DNA of 64,000 bases from Vicugna vicugna (GCA_013265495.1 MU057947.1:940048-1004047); one strand, 5' to 3'. Shown: positions 1 to 14,507, counted from the stretch's first letter. The notes: generated by a model from the letters alone, not told the origin. A program made the numbers and translations.

Positions 1-2483
1 CTGAGGGTTAAGAGGAGCTGTTTCTAAATAACACCTTGTACTAGGAGTTGAACCTTCACAGGGATCACTGAGAAAAAGTCAGCAAACAATGAAGCAGTCA
101 TCATTGCAACAGTCAGATCCAACCAGCGAGAAGGGAGCACACAGAGGAGACCCGCGTGCTGACCTGGGAAACGAGTTTGGGAAGGTCTAAGGAAAACGCG
201 CTCACACACGTGAGCAATGACTCACAATAAAAATAAGGAAGAGCTTCGCAGCAGAAAGACACCAGCAACTCAGGAGCGAGCTGAGACCGCCACGTGAGAA
301 TTCACAGCAGAACCGATCAGACAGATCCGGCAGATGCCCCGCTGAGGCCAGAAATACACCAGAGACCCGGGACACAGAGGAGGTTCTCAGAGAAAAGCAC
401 CAAATAAGCTGAGAGGCACAGCACGCTGCCTGTTAGCAATCCCACACAGCTGCCCAGCAAAACCTTCGCTTCTCTCTGACCCAGGGTCGCCACCCGGGTC
501 AGCTACTGGAACTGTGGGCCAGGACGGGGCAGGCGTGTGTGAACGGGGTGCACCTGTGAGTGGAGCTGTGTTTAATAAAGTCTTCTGACATGTGGACTTG
601 CTGCCCATCAGTCACTCACGGTGAAGCACTTCTCCCTGGGATCGCGCGTTTCTAAAAATACCATTTGCTTTTTATTTAACCCTGAGCCCTTTGGTGTTCT
701 AGAATGCAAAAATAGTGCCTTATTATTTCAAAAGCTTAAGAGAGAAACTAGCTGTATTATTATTAGAAGATATATGCAGCTACAGTCTGTTCAAATATCA
801 AGAGGTGTGACTTTCCACATTCACATTTCAATCTTTATTTACATAAGACTTTTAGAAATAGTGGGTGTAAATATTAAATCACCCAAGCCTGGGTGAAATT
901 TTGTTGAGAATAAGTCCAAACAAAGGGAAACTGATTTTTTAAAGTCAGTTTCTGAAATTTAGATGAAAAGAACATTATGCATTAACAAAAAAAATGATGT
1001 ATTTACACATCAATATAGGTTTCCTGCGTGCAGATTCATTTCCTACAAAACATACAGAGGCAAGCTTGGGGAATTACAAAGGAAGGAAAACCCTAATCGA
1101 ACAGGTGCGGTTGTTCAAACAGAATATTGGCTTAAATGATCCAATCAGTTGCTTGAGCCCCAAATTTTTTTCTTTAAGCCATTCATGCCAGAGCGCAGCC
1201 TCTCAGAGCATTAAGAACCCATATTACATCCCAAGTGTCTGCCCGGCAGGTGGGGGATCTGAAGACACGGTCCACGAAGAGTGACGAGGATAAGGCAGGC
1301 TCCTAGTCAGTCACCAGCACTGACACAGTTTACCCACGATGGGGTCACGCTTCTCAAGGTAAGCACTGCTTATCCAAGATCCAGGGAACGCTGGGCAACT
1401 ATACGAATCAACTGAGATACAGCAAGTTCACGCTGCGGGACCCTTGATTTCACCAGTGCTCAGGATCGCGCTGCAGGAGGCAACGTGACCTGTAGAAACC
1501 TTCCTGAAGACTGGGCACAAAAAGAAAAGCACATTTTCATGGGGTGGGTCTGCCAACAAGCTCTGCTTTCATATTTGTCTAAGGACTTCAGATGATCAGA
1601 GGTTCACACGAGGGATAACTGACAACAGTTCTAGGTCTTGGTTTAAAACAAAATCATGGCCTCTCACTGTAAAACAGCCACCTGCAATGTGTCAGGTGAA
1701 TCTCTAATTTACTGACTCAATCTTTTGCTTATCAAAAACAGCAATGTGCTTCTCAAAATCTTCAGGGGGCAATCCTAGAAACACAGTTGCACAAGCACGC
1801 ACGTGTGTGCACACGCACACACACACGCAGACACTCCTGGTTTCTACGTGGAAATTAAACACAACTCTATTTTATTGCACTATTAAGACTGCAAATTTAA
1901 AATTAACAAAAAAAATAACAGAGGTTTCAAAGACATAGTAACCTGTTCTCAGAACAAGTTCAAAATTAGTCACAAAGGCATCAAGAGACCACTGCATCAG
2001 AGACTGAACCTCTGACCCTGGCAGTGTTAAGCCCTCCCTTTCCTTTGAATTAGTGGTGTCAATACTGTGTTGCTCTTTTATGAAATCTGTGGTTTATGTG
2101 AAGTTGACGCAAACAAACAAAAGAAAAGCTTAAAGAGGGAAAGTTGAAAACAACACTGATTCATATTTGGGTAATTAAATGAAGTTAGGGCCGTCCTCCA
2201 AAATGTCCGCAAATAATCTGTTTTAACCACGTCCATGGGTCTGAACTCTGTTTAAAGAACTTAAAATGTATTTTTTGAGTTCTATTTCCAACCTGAAGCT
2301 GGAAACAAATTAGCTTGCATGTGGCAGAACGCTAAGAAAGGCTTAAATCAACCTGCACCTTGTTATTTACACCTCTCATTCCTTAGAAACATAACTGCCG
2401 CTTTTATTAACTTTGTTTTATGGATCTAATATTTAAGAACAAGTCTATCTCTTATGTCATAGCAAGAAGGTGACTGTACTTAC

Positions 2484-2546
2484 AGACTCCCCTGCAGCGC
2501 ATCTTGGACAAGGCTGGGCCGAGCTCCGTCTGCCGTTCTGAGGACT
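2484..2546 (-). CDS. C10orf143: C10orf143 ortholog, coding exon 3 ([21 protein letters not shown])
   Basis: Acceptor ...GAACAG ending at 2547 after a 107-nt intron; 63 nt, phase 0/0; perfect GTAAGT donor at 2483. Matches the recalled human [21 protein letters not shown]. No stop is reached, and I found no terminal exon in 1-2483. Confidence 0.88.
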
Positions 2547-2653
2547 CTGTTCGACAAATCACAGCCACAGATGAATCAGAACAGTGGTTATTCACACTTT
2601 CTATTAAACATTTAAAAGGATGCACAGCTGGTTTGGCAGGAGGAGGAACCTAC

Positions 2654-2827
2654 CCCCACATCTAGTCGCCCCTGGCCGCTGTCGGGCCTCAGTCCGGGGA
2701 GGTGGCCTCTGGGATGCAGGTCTTGTGACTCAGGGTCCTCGCTGTCCCAGGACCCCAGGGCGCGCGCTTTCCCTGGGGGGCAGCCCCGCTCCTGGGCAGC
2801 TGCGTCTAATCTCCTGCACGCCCGTTT
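2654..2827 (-). CDS. C10orf143: C10orf143 ortholog, coding exon 2 (KRACRRLDAAAQERGCPPGKARALGSWDSEDPESQDLHPRGHLPGLRPDSGQGRLDVG)
   Basis: Acceptor TTTGTTTGTTGCAG ending at 2828; 174 nt (58 codons, phase 0/0); donor GTAGGT at 2653. Matches the recalled human KRVCRRLEASGHERGC...PRPESGQGRL segment. Confidence 0.88.
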
Positions 2828-4559
2828 CTGCAACAAACAAAATTTCACTTGAGATGGCCTCATAAAGCACCCAGCACTCTAACTGAATCTGTTTCCTGAA
2901 AAGCTCAGCCGTGAGAACAGGCCTCTGCGGAGCTGGGGAGTTTACAGCACGTTTGAGGAGGTGACTTCAAACTTTATCTTTCAGGAATAACCACCATCAG
3001 TTACACTTAACCTCATTATTTCCAGCACTGTCTGATATTTGCTTAGCTTTATAGATTTAAAATAGTCATTTTAAACAGTTTTGGCCAAAAGTCTTGTAAT
3101 AAAGTATTGTGACTGGTTTATTGATACTGAAAACGTAAGAAGACCTATAAATTTTGTTCAAGAAACTAGTTATATGCTTCAATACATTTTGCCGAGTATT
3201 GTTACATACTTTTTAAATATAATATGAATAATTCATGTGTGAATAATTCTTTGTCTTACTGACACTGAAGAGCAAATTAATTTCATTTCAAAAGTTGCAC
3301 ACACAGCCCATAACGGATAACCTCTGGGAAAGTTAGCCCTTGGTTTTTGCTTCCTCGTGAACTGAAGAGGATGAATTACAAAAGCAATCTTCCATCGCTG
3401 AAGGAAAGAGACGGTTCACTCTCCAAGTCCTGGGACTTTGTGTACTGTGCGGGTAATAACGTTTTCCCCGACACAGCTGAGAGGCAGGAGGGTCCGCAGG
3501 TGCTCAGGGAGTCCATCCTTCTGCCCGGCCAGCAATGGGTCTCTGGCTCCCAGGGCCAGCCCGCAGCCCCGCCGGAGGACAGCCCCGCCCGAGTCACAAA
3601 CCGCTCCTGATATGCGCGGGCTGCTCCACAGCCTCGGCACCTGCACACCATCGTCATGATTTGTTTATTATGCCAAATCTGTTCGTTATGACCTATTATC
3701 TATTTATTATTTTCTAAATTTCTAAATTGACTTTTTTTTTTAAACTTAATTAATTAATTAAAGAAAGAAACCTTGTATTGTGGGTTTAGACTGCTGGTGT
3801 TACTCTCCCCTAACATGCCTTAAAACAGATCCTTAAGGATGAAAAGGGAAAACGCTGAACTCTGAGCCCCTGCGCCCACCACCTGGAATAACGTCCTGGG
3901 GCGAAGCGCTGACCCTGGGTGGCTGCACAGACCTGCCCTCCTGACAGCCCTCCCCAAGGACAGGAAATCACGGAGGGTCAGAGTTGCCTCTGCGTCACAG
4001 CGCACCCTGGGCACGAATGAAGTGGGAGAATGCTGGAATCTGGAAACAAGGCCTGTGAGAGAGAAAAGCCACCAAGCCCGTGCGGGGTCCCCTCGTGCTC
4101 GCAGCCCTCACCCCTCACACGGCTGCAGGCCCAGCAGGCAGGAGAAGCTGCGAGCTGGACGGAGCCAGGGCACCTGCGAGGGTGCAAAGGATGTGCACGG
4201 CCGGGGGGCGCACCTGACTGGGGACCACGGACTCGGTGGCTGGAGGGCCCACCGTGGACCACGGACCACTGGCCACAGACAAAACAGCCGAGGGAGCCAG
4301 AGTGTGGATTCGGGGCTGGGGTTCGGGGTTTCCCGACAGATGCCGTTTAAATAGGAATTCCTTCCCCACAACCACAGCTCCCGGGAAGGAGACAGGCGAC
4401 AGAGGAAGGGAGAACGTCCGTGGATGATGGCGGTGAAGATAAAAAGGAGAAAGAGAAGACGTGTAGGTCCTGTAAGTAAGGTGCACCCTAGCATCAGGAG
4501 ACTCTTGCCTCCCCGTCTGTCACCAAAACAGACAGACAGTAGCTGCCCCTGGACTTGCC

Positions 4560-7500
4560 AAACTGACAGAAGAGGTGTCCTGAGACCAACAATCTTTTAA
4601 AAACACTTAATAACATAAAAATTCCTCCTGAATCAAAAGAAAATTGTAATTCAAACACCCTAAAAAATGCAATTAAACATTCAAACAAACATCTGAGGAT
4701 ATAAAAAACCACCTTGAATTAGAAATGTAGAATTCAAAACAGAAAGAAACAGAAAAATGAAGCAAGACGCAAATAAACTCGGGAAAGTACTGGAAGGAAC
4801 ACAATTATCTCAGATGAGGAATAACTTACGAAGCGTGCTAAGGAGAATAAACTCAAATGAAAACCAATAAAGGGCATCGAAGGAAGACAGGGGCACAACC
4901 CAAAGATGTAAAGAAAAAGCTGAAAGGGTAAGAAAGGCAGCAGCAGGAGTGGAAGCCAAGGAGCAGCGTTCGTGGCTCAGAGCTCTGATCTAAAGAGGGA
5001 GACAAGGTCATGCAGCAAACCTCGCATCTAAAATTACAATCTCAGAAAACCTCCTAGAAACAGAAAAATGACTGAATCTTAAAGGAGAAGGGCTCACAAA
5101 GCGCCTGGGAAAATTAACCCAGGGCGATCGACTCTGAGATAAACCCTAACAAAACTATGAGATTTCAAAGACAAAGATAAAACCCTCAAGGCCCCGGGGC
5201 CGGGCCGCAGATCAGTGAAGGTGAGGGGGAACTGGAGCGCACCGGGCTTCCTAAAAGCAGCAGGAGAAAGACAGCAGCAGAGCCCCAGATCCTGGCTGCT
5301 TGGCTGGCCGTTCGGTTCCTGAGCAGAGGGTGGTGCTTTACAAAACAGACAGTCCACCACCCAACTTAATCGAGAAAAAAAGGGGAGAGAGCACAATACA
5401 GAACATAACACTCGGGAAATAAACAATAAAAGAGAAGAAATTTAAAAAATCATTAGAGACTACTTTGCAGACTTCTATGCAAATGAATTAGAAAACGCAG
5501 CTGAAATGGGTAACTTTCTAAGAAAATTCAAATGACGAAAACTGACCCCATCAGAGTTAGGAAGCTTAAAGGACTGACTGCCATAGGAGGAACAGGAAGG
5601 GTTACGAGCAAGTACCCCACAAGCAGCAGCAGGACCAGCCGGTTCCTCAGGGGAACTCCACCACACCTTCACAGATGAGGTCTTTCCAGTGCACCACACA
5701 GAAGCTCCTGCAGAGAGACGAGAGGGGAGGAAACTTCCCAGCTCCTTTCCTGAAGCACGTATAACACTGACAAGCCAGCTAAAGAGAGCAAAGAAAGAAA
5801 ACTGCAGGCCAGCATCACTCATAGATATCAGTGCAAAAAATCAAATAAAATATTAACAAACAGAATCCAGTACCATGTTAAGAAATCAGATACCATGACC
5901 AAGTAGGATTTTTTTCAAGAAATGAAAGCTGGGTTCAATATTAGCAAATCCATTAATATCACTCCCACTGTAATAAACTAAGGGAAAATAATATGATTAT
6001 CCCCATGGATGCTGAAAAATCCTCTGACAAAATTAAAAACCCACTTATAAAAGCTAAAGAAAATAGGAATTGAGTGTTACAGTCTTAACATGATAAAATA
6101 CATATACCTTAATCCAAAAGCCAGTATCTTATTTATTGGGGAAGGACTAGCAGCATATCCACTAAGACCAGGAACAGGCAGGCATACCCAGTCTCCACAT
6201 CTGTTCACCATCGTCCTGGAGGTATTACGTCACCAATAGAATTACAAAAGATACATCCATCAGAAGCATAAGAATGGATACAGAAGTACAGTTACCTCTA
6301 CTTGTAGATGACGTCATAGTGTGTACCTGGAAACCCCCAGAGAATCAATGATGAAACCAACTCAATAAAATAATCCACTGAATAAGAAACAAAATTAACA
6401 TACAAAAATCAATAGCCTTCAAATACAAAACAATGAGTAACTAGAGAAAACCCCATTTAAAATAATTGCAACAAAGAAGATTAAATGTTTAGGAATAACT
6501 TTAATAAGAATTTGACAAAACCCATACAAGGAAAATTTAAAACATTCTGGAATAACATAAAAGTAGATATCAACAAATAGAGAGGCACCCCCTATTCTTG
6601 GATAGGATAACTCAACCCTATAAAGATGACAGTTCTCCCTAATTTAATTTACAAATTCAATGAAAAACCAGCAAACAGCAATAAACTACTATATAGACTT
6701 ACACAACTTGATACTAAAGGTCACATGAGAAAAAAAAAAAACATGCAAGAATAGCCAGAAAAACCTGGGGGTGGGGAGAAATGCTGGACATTAAAACATA
6801 CTATAAAGACTGTAATTAAACAGGGTGCTGGACAGCTACATTCAAAATAATGAAATTAGAACATTCCTTCACACCATACACAAAAATAAACTCAAAATGG
6901 TTTAAAGACCTAAATGTAAGACAGGACACCATAAAACTAGAAGAGAATGTAGGCAAAACATTCTTTGACATAAACCGCAGCAACATTTTCTCAGATCAGT
7001 CTCAAGGCAGAAGAAATCAAAGCAAAAGTAAACAAATAGAACCTAATCAAACTTAAAAGTTTTGGTTATGAAAAAAGTTTTTGTTTGTTTTGAAATCATC
7101 AACAAAACGAAAAGACAACCTACAGAGTGGGAGAAAATATTTGCAAATGATGTGACCAACAGGGGGTTAATATCCAAAATGAACAAACAGCTCATGCAAC
7201 TGAAAAAATAACCCAATCAAAAAATGGGCAGAAGACCTAAACAGATATTTTTCCAAAGGAGATATCCAGATGGCCAACAGGCATGTGAAAAGCCACTCAA
7301 TACTGCTAATTATTAGAAAAATGCAGATCAAAACCTCACACCAGTCAGAATGGCCATCATCAAAAAGTCTACAAATAATAAACGAAGAGGGTGTGGAGAA
7401 AAGGGAACCCTTGTCTACTGCTAGTGGGAATGTACACTGGTGCAGCCACTCTGGAAATCAATATGAAGACTCCTTAAAAAGATAAAAATAGAACTGCCAT

Positions 7501-10500
7501 ATGATCCAGCAATCCCATTCCTGAGTATATATTCAGAAAAAAACAAAAACTCTAATGTGAAAAGATACATGCACCCCAATGTCCACAGCAGCACTGTTTA
7601 CAGTAGCTGAAATATGGGAAGCAACCCAAGTGCCCATCAACAGACAACTGCCTCAAGGAGGGTGGTGTGTAAACACACATATACACACATAACGGAATAC
7701 TGTTCAGCCACAAAAAAGAATGAAATACTACCATTTGCAGCAACATGGATGAACCTAGACAATAGTATGCTTAGTGAAACAAGTCAGACAGAGACAACTA
7801 TATAAGGTATAACCTGTATGTGGAATCTAAAAATAAAACAAACCAATCTGTATACAAAACACAACAGTCTCACAAACACAGAAAACAAACTTCCAGTCAT
7901 CAAAGGGGAGAGGAAGTGAGGGAGGGACCAATGAGGAGTATGGGATTAGCAGACACAAGCTACCATACAGAAACGGTAAGCAACAGGGACTCACTGAACA
8001 GCACTGGAAATTATACCCTAATCTTGTGATCACCTACAGCGGAGTGTAACCTGAAAAAAAAAATTTCACTATGCTATATACCTGAAACTAACACAATATT
8101 GTAAATCAACTCTACTTCAGTTGAAAAAAAAAATAACCAGTGGTGCTAGAGATAAACAGACAAAGAGACCAACGGGACAGAAGTCCAGAAATAAACCCAA
8201 ACGTATATGGAAATCTGGCATCTCAAGACACCGGCATAAAGATGAACTCTTTAATACATGGTGCTGGGACAACTGGGTGGCCATGTGGAAAAAGATAAAA
8301 TTAGACCTGTATCTCATACCATATATAAAAATAAACTTCACGTAGATTAGGGATGCAAAACAATGAAACTGTAATTCTTGGAAGAAAATGTGCGTGGGTG
8401 CTTTTTGAAGCGTGGTGCAGGGAAAGACCTTCTAACTATGACTTAAAGTTACCAAAGGCAACAAAACAAAAATTGAAAATCTGACTACATAAAAATTATG
8501 TCTGCAGGACAAAACAAAACAATATCTTACAGTAAAGAGATGACTACAAGCTGGAGGAAAATGCTTGCAGCATACACTACAGGAGAAGGGCTAACAGCCT
8601 TAATACACGGAACTCTCCCAAAAATTGAGGGACAAAGGACTAAGAACCTGAAAGAAAAATAGGAAAAAGACATGTACATTCAACTGATGAACAAAGGTAT
8701 AAAAACAGCCTCCAAACACGGAGAAAAAGCTCAAACTCGCACATATTTATAGAACTGCAAATTACCACTGCAAAATACCAGCATCATTTATCAAACTGGC
8801 AAAAAATTTTAAATTGTGAGGCAGCCTCTGTTGGTGAGGCTGTGGGAAACAGGCACCTCCTGTGTTGCTGATGGGAATGCAGATTCTGCAGGGAAATATG
8901 GCAATGCCTAATAAAACTACTTCCTACTTTTTAACCTGGAAATTGGAGCTCGAGGAATCTACCCTCCAGGCCCATCTACAATACTGGGAAAATAAAAACT
9001 GCACAAGGTTACTCACTGCAGCACTGGTAACCTGCAAGGCACTGGAAACAACCTGAATGCCCAGAGCTAGAGAGCGGCTGGGTATGTGGGGCACATCCAT
9101 GGCCCAGAGCGCCACGCAGCGGTGAGGGGCAGGAGGAAGGTGTGCGTGCACTGGCAGTGAGGCCAGGTGCAAGGGGGTATCTGTAGCATGCTGTCCTTTA
9201 CGTGAGAAAGGAGTGCACACCTTTCTGCGTGTTTGTGCAAAAGAAATACAGGAGGATATGTCAGGAGCTGAAGAGACTGGTTTCCTACAGAGAGGTGTGG
9301 GAAAGGCTTGGACAGAGGAGGACCGGCAGCAGGGTGAGGAGGGGGCCACACCTCTCCGAGCTGCATGCAGATACTGACGCTAGTGAGTAAATCTGTTTCT
9401 CCCCGGGTTAGCAATTTTGAAACTGCTTTAATGGCATACTAGGATTGAATAAATAAGCAAATGTACTGTAATAATGAGAACCAGGTTTCTACTGTTGAAA
9501 TGCTACAATAAAAGGGAGAAGTTTACAATGAACCCAGTGGTGCTGATTAGAATTGGAAGCATTAGCATGAAAGCAGTTTTTAATACATAAACAGGAAGAG
9601 GTACAGAAATGTGTGTGTAGGTATATAAATACAAACATATGTACTTCTATACATTTATATACAGACATAAAATACATTAAGTATTCTATATTTTGTGATA
9701 TATGTTACAAATATGTATATAATACGTACATTTCCTAGCTGTGCTGCTGACAATAGTGGCATCCTAGCAGGAAGATTACACTGCCCACGTCGACACTGGC
9801 TTCTGAACACCCTTCTCCCACTAAAGGAACCTGGGCTCCACGGAGTGGCTGATTCAGGGATGGAGCAAGGAAAATGTAAGATGAGCCTGAAACATTTTGT
9901 GGCACCCAAAGTAAGAAAAGTTTTTTTAGAGACGAGGGCAAAAAGACCTAGGTGCCAAGCTGACGGAGTTCCTCCTGGCCAAAGCTGCAACAGCTCAAGC
10001 AGTAAAGTCAGCCACAACAGCACTGGGTCGTAGCCCGCAGAGTAAGTACCCGTGAGGCTGCCCGCGACATAAACAGCTGAGTAAATAGCTGCGGCAGAAG
10101 AGGCGGTTCTTCCTCACAGATGAAGTCTAATTAAACATAAAAGGAGTGGGGCAAATACAAAATCGCCATCAAGTAAACACCGCAGTGAGAACTATTTCAG
10201 GCAAGACTTACCAACAGATACTAAATCAGCAGGCAGTTTAAGGAGAAACGGGATACTGGCACAAATATTCAAAGCATCTCCCTCAAGGTTTTTTTTATAA
10301 TTACAAAGAGAAAAAATAGTAACTTTACAGTGGATGAAAACACGTTCATCAAGTGACAAGTTTAAGAGACATCTTGACACCATGGACCCCTGATGTGACG
10401 CACTGAGAAAGCCCAATGTCACCTCTGCGGTACTCCTGCCACAAATGCATGCCTTGACCTCACCATAAAAATGCTGGACAACCCAGGCTGAATCTACAAA

Positions 10501-10810
10501 GTAACTACCACTCCTCATTAAAAGTATCAAGGTCAGGGAAGACTGAGGAAGTTCAGAAGGGTTTAGGAAAATGCAAGGACTAAGTGCAATGTGGGATCCT
10601 GGTTTCAGGTCCTGGATTAGTGGGAAAACTGGTGAAAATGGAGCAAGCCCTGTAGTCTGGTTAACAGTCCTGCACTGATGTTAACTTCCAGGTTTGCTAA
10701 TTGTACTTCGACTACATGAACTGTTCAGGTGAAGGGTGTACCCGAATTCTCTATATTGTTTTTTGCAATTTTCCTGTACGTTGACAACTATTAAAAAAAG
10801 TTTTAAAAAC
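4560..10810 (+). mobile_element. Old degraded LINE-1 (L1MC-like), ORF1/ORF2/3' UTR remnants, interrupted by a younger L1
   Basis: A-rich L1 ORF2-like phrases (e.g. aaaattaacatacaaaaatcaatagcc, ttagacctgtatctcataccatata) and an L1M-type 3' end at about 10380-10810. Boundaries and subfamily are approximate. Confidence 0.75.
6830..8133 (+). mobile_element. Younger 5'-truncated L1 (ORF2 C-terminus, 3' UTR, polyA) nested in the old L1
   Basis: ORF fragments [22 protein letters not shown] and KKNEILPFAATWMNL; polyA at about 8124-8134; the host L1 resumes afterwards. Confidence 0.88.
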
Positions 10811-11136
10811 AAAGACAAAAACGTCTCTTGCACCCCTGGTGGTATGTGCACCGCACTTCTAGAAATACTGATTTCAGCCAAACTGCCTTCCCATAGTCTC
10901 AGCCCACTCATTCTAATTTTTCCCTCTTGAGCGACATAAAGCAAACAGGCCGTGTGTAAGATAAAGATCCTCTCAGACGTCTGAAGGCGGCCCTCGGGCA
11001 CTTCGGAGGCTTCTCTCCAGCCACTCGTTCCCACCGTCTTTCACTATCCCGCATCTGAGAGGCTTCCCAGAATCTTCCTGTCCGACACGAGCTGCCCTGC
11101 AGTTCTTACATCAATATTCCTCTTACAACAAACCAT

Positions 11137-12512
11137 GCGATGCAAATCAAAACTATGATGAGGTTATCACCTCACAGCAGTCAGAATGACCATCGTTCCA
11201 AAGTCCACAAACAATAAATGCTGGAGAAGGTGTGGGGAAAAGGGAGCCCTCCTGCACTGCTGGTGGGAATGCAGTTTGGTGCAGCCACTGTGGGAAACAG
11301 TATGGAGGTTCCTCAAAACACTAAAAATAGACTTACCCTATGATCCAGCAATCCCACTCCTGGGCGTGTATCTGGAGGGGACTCTAATTTGAAAAGACAC
11401 ACGCACCCCAATGTTCACAGCAGCACTATTTATAAGAGCCAAGACATGGAAGCAACATAAATGGCCATCAACAGACAACTGAATAAAGTTGAGGTATATT
11501 TATACAACAGAATATTGCTCAGCGATAAAAAGAGAAAATATTGCCATCTGCAGCAACATGGATGGACTAGAAATTGTCATTCTAAGTGAAGTGAGCCAGA
11601 AAGAGAAAGAAAAATATCATATATCATTCATATGTGGACTCTTAAAAAGAAAATAAAAAAAGAGGACACTAATGAACTCATCAACAAAACAGAAATAGAC
11701 TCACAAACACAGTAAACAATCTTACGGTAACCAGGGGAAAGGGGGTGGGAACGGACAAACTGGGGAGTTTGAGATTTGCAAATGTTAGCCACTATATATA
11801 AAAATAGACTTAAAAAGGCAACTTTCTTCTTTTTTAATTAAATCATGTTGAATATTTTATTTAATAAAATGTGGAGACTCTTCACCTTTCAGAAGAAATT
11901 CAGAAATGATTAGAATAAAAAGTCAGTGATCAAAGTAACAAACTTCTCTTTTGGAAAATTTACTTTTGTTGAATGTATTTCAACAATGTTAATAAATCAA
12001 GTGTTAATGTAATCTAATAATTTAATTTAAACATGTGTTAATTTCAATACACAACTACTACTGCAATGCCTCTTTGTGTTAAATAGGCAAATTTGAAGTT
12101 GCGTGTTCTATCGAAAACTACTTATACAACAATGAAAATTAAAGTCACAGTGTAGTTGAGGATTTTTTCCAGAGTTTTCCCTAATAGTATTCATTATTAT
12201 AGGGTTTAGTTATTTAAAGAGAGCAAAGGTATTAACTTCTTTGATTCATTTTGAGCAATTAAATAAGAAAAATTTTTTCCCTGCAGTTTAAACATAGGTA
12301 ATTCAGCTGATTATGTGCTAGCTTATGTTTAAAAAAAATAAATTTCTTCTATGTAGCACAGGGAACTATATTCAATACCTTCTAATAAGCTTTAATAAAA
12401 AATAATATGAAGATGAATATATGTATGTATGTGCATGACTGGGACACTGTGCTGGACACCAGAAATTGACACATTGTAACGGACTGTACTTTAATAAAAA
12501 ATTTTTTTTAAA
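11137..12512 (+). mobile_element. 5'-truncated L1 3' end, split by a ~500-bp insert
   Basis: ORF2 C-terminal [19 protein letters not shown]...[12 protein letters not shown]; the 3' UTR stops at about 11830 and resumes at about 12350. Confidence 0.88.
11831..12328 (-). pseudogene. Putative 5'-truncated retrocopy (3'-UTR-like fragment) or orphan L1 3' transduction
   Basis: Non-L1 AT-rich insert. Minus-strand AATAAA at 11861-11856, about 20 nt before a short polyA (T-run ending at 11835). Degenerate TSD ttaaaaa..aa.tttcttct at 11810-11830 and 12329-12350. Confidence 0.6.
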
Positions 12513-13063
12513 TAACGAACCATGTGAAATACTTCCAACGCGCCGTCGCCCCCAGAGAGCAGAATGCCCAGCTCCACGACGTGACCACTGAGCCTGCACG
12601 GACGAGGCCTCCCCGAGCCGGGGGGTTTCAGCAGCCATGTCACCCGGGTCCACGAGAGGCTGGTGCCCTCCATGGCCCCCGTGTCTTCTCCGCAGGAGGC
12701 CCCATCCCGTCCATGGAGGCTCCTGAGGGTCCTTCTTTAAATTAACCGTAGGCTCTCCTATGGACGCTTGTTAAGTTTAATTTGGTGTCTGTGTTGTTTC
12801 TCAGTGTATTAAAATACTGCCAAACATTGCAGTGATCAGATTAATCTTCTTCATGACTTGCAAATAATGTAACCTGTGTTTTCACCTAAGTCAGATGAAA
12901 GTAGTGAAGAAAAGACCAAGGACCTAGATCTCTGGTTTTTCAGGATCCCCTCAACCTTTGCGCTGCAAAAAGAGGCACCATATGTAAGATGGGTTTACAG
13001 CCCACTTCCACTCCTCTGGCAAAGGGAAAAAGCGGAGATAGGAAATACATCCCATGGCTTTTT

Positions 13064-13231
13064 TGCTTTTTAATTGAAGTACACTCGGTTTACGATGCTG
13101 TGTTCACTCCTGGTGGACAGCACAGTGACTCAGTCATACACACACATACACTCCTCTTCATAGTCTTTTTCATTATAGGCTGTTACAAGGTACTGGAGAC
13201 TGTTCCCTGTGCTACAGAGCTCCATGTCTTT
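13064..13231 (-). mobile_element. Short L1 3'-tip insertion
   Basis: taattgaagtacactc...tgttccctgtgctacag is the reverse complement of the young L1 3' UTR; flanked by catcc(c)at(g/a)gcttt repeats. Confidence 0.8.
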
Positions 13232-14507
13232 TCATCCATAGCTTTCGACGTTCCTCCATCAGTAACACCATGGTTGGTGAGCAGCAGTAATATTTCCTTT
13301 GCTCCTTTCTGAGGAATATCACTTGCCAAAAACGGAAGCAAAGGGGGCATGGTTGGATGACCATGAGCTGGAAGCCATACCTCTGGATGAAATCTGAAAC
13401 ACTCTGGAACTACATTCTACACCATCCTCTGTGGCATCAAATACCACTCGGCACATTAAGGTCAGCAGACTGTGATCATCCACAGTGACAGGCTGATGTT
13501 CTCTGAGTGACTCAGGTGGCCCGAGGTCCCCACACCCTGTGGCAGGCAGAAGGGGGCCACACTTATAATCCACTGAGGTGGTCGGTGAGGGCGGGGCTCC
13601 TCCAGGGAGTGTGGGGTTACCTGCTTGGGGGCCCTCAGCCAGCTGAGTGGATTAAACGATTCACATTTTCTGCTACTGACTGTGGATTATTAAAAGCTGA
13701 CTGCCTATGACATAGACCGGTAAGCTTCCTCGGCAAACAGTCCAGTTATGGGGGGTTGGCCTGGACCAGAGGAAAATGAAAGCCACGGGGACATTTAGCT
13801 CCAAGATGCTTGTGTTCCACGGTATGCTCTCTCACTCCCTTCTGGAGAGGATCTGTCAGCTTTCATAAAAGCAGACGAAAATTTACCACCCAACTAAAAA
13901 AGACTTGCACTGAATAAACAAAATTAAAATCCTGAGTATATGCAAAGACCCCACTGCTTAATAACTGAACAGCAACCTCACCAGAGAACAGCTGGAAACA
14001 GGAACGTGGTTGAGACAAGACACTGAGAAGACGCGTAAATCGAAACATAAACTACGTTCACGTTCCCACAGCCACGGGACACACACAGCTGGCAGGTCTC
14101 CACTGGAGGCGCGGGTCAGGCCTTTGCTGCAGAGACGTTTGCCTTTGTTGGAAGAGAGGGGGCCCCAGCGAGCTCGAGGGGTGGGGAGAATGGGAGGTGG
14201 GGGTAAAGGTTTCAAAATTGGGCAGAAGTAAAATTCGAAGCCCCGGCTTCCACGCTGGTGAGACTGAGCCGTCGTGGAAAGTGGGCCGAGGCCGCTCTCC
14301 CGCGGCTCCGGGGACCCGCTGTGACCCCGGGCACAGGCCCAGCCTGGGCCAGCCCCACCCTGGACAGAGTTCAGATGTGTGGCCGCCTCTGGAAACCCAT
14401 TTCTCCACTCCACACTCGAGAGGACTGTGGAGAACAACAACAAAAGACTCCAACTTCCTTGAACGCCTTAACAGAAAAGCACTGTGTATTCTCTTTAATC
14501 AGCACAG

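Noticed and set aside
2190..2215. Minus-strand GGACATTTT (G-H-F) as a possible last exon of C10orf143
   Set aside because: It is not preceded by an AG acceptor (context TTTGC|GGACAT); the true last exon probably lies left of the window.
13230..13580. Protein-looking minus-strand frames (e.g. PPLLPFLASDIPQKGAKEILLLL)
   Set aside because: No recognisable homology, start codon or convincing splice sites; not supportable without a BLASTX search.
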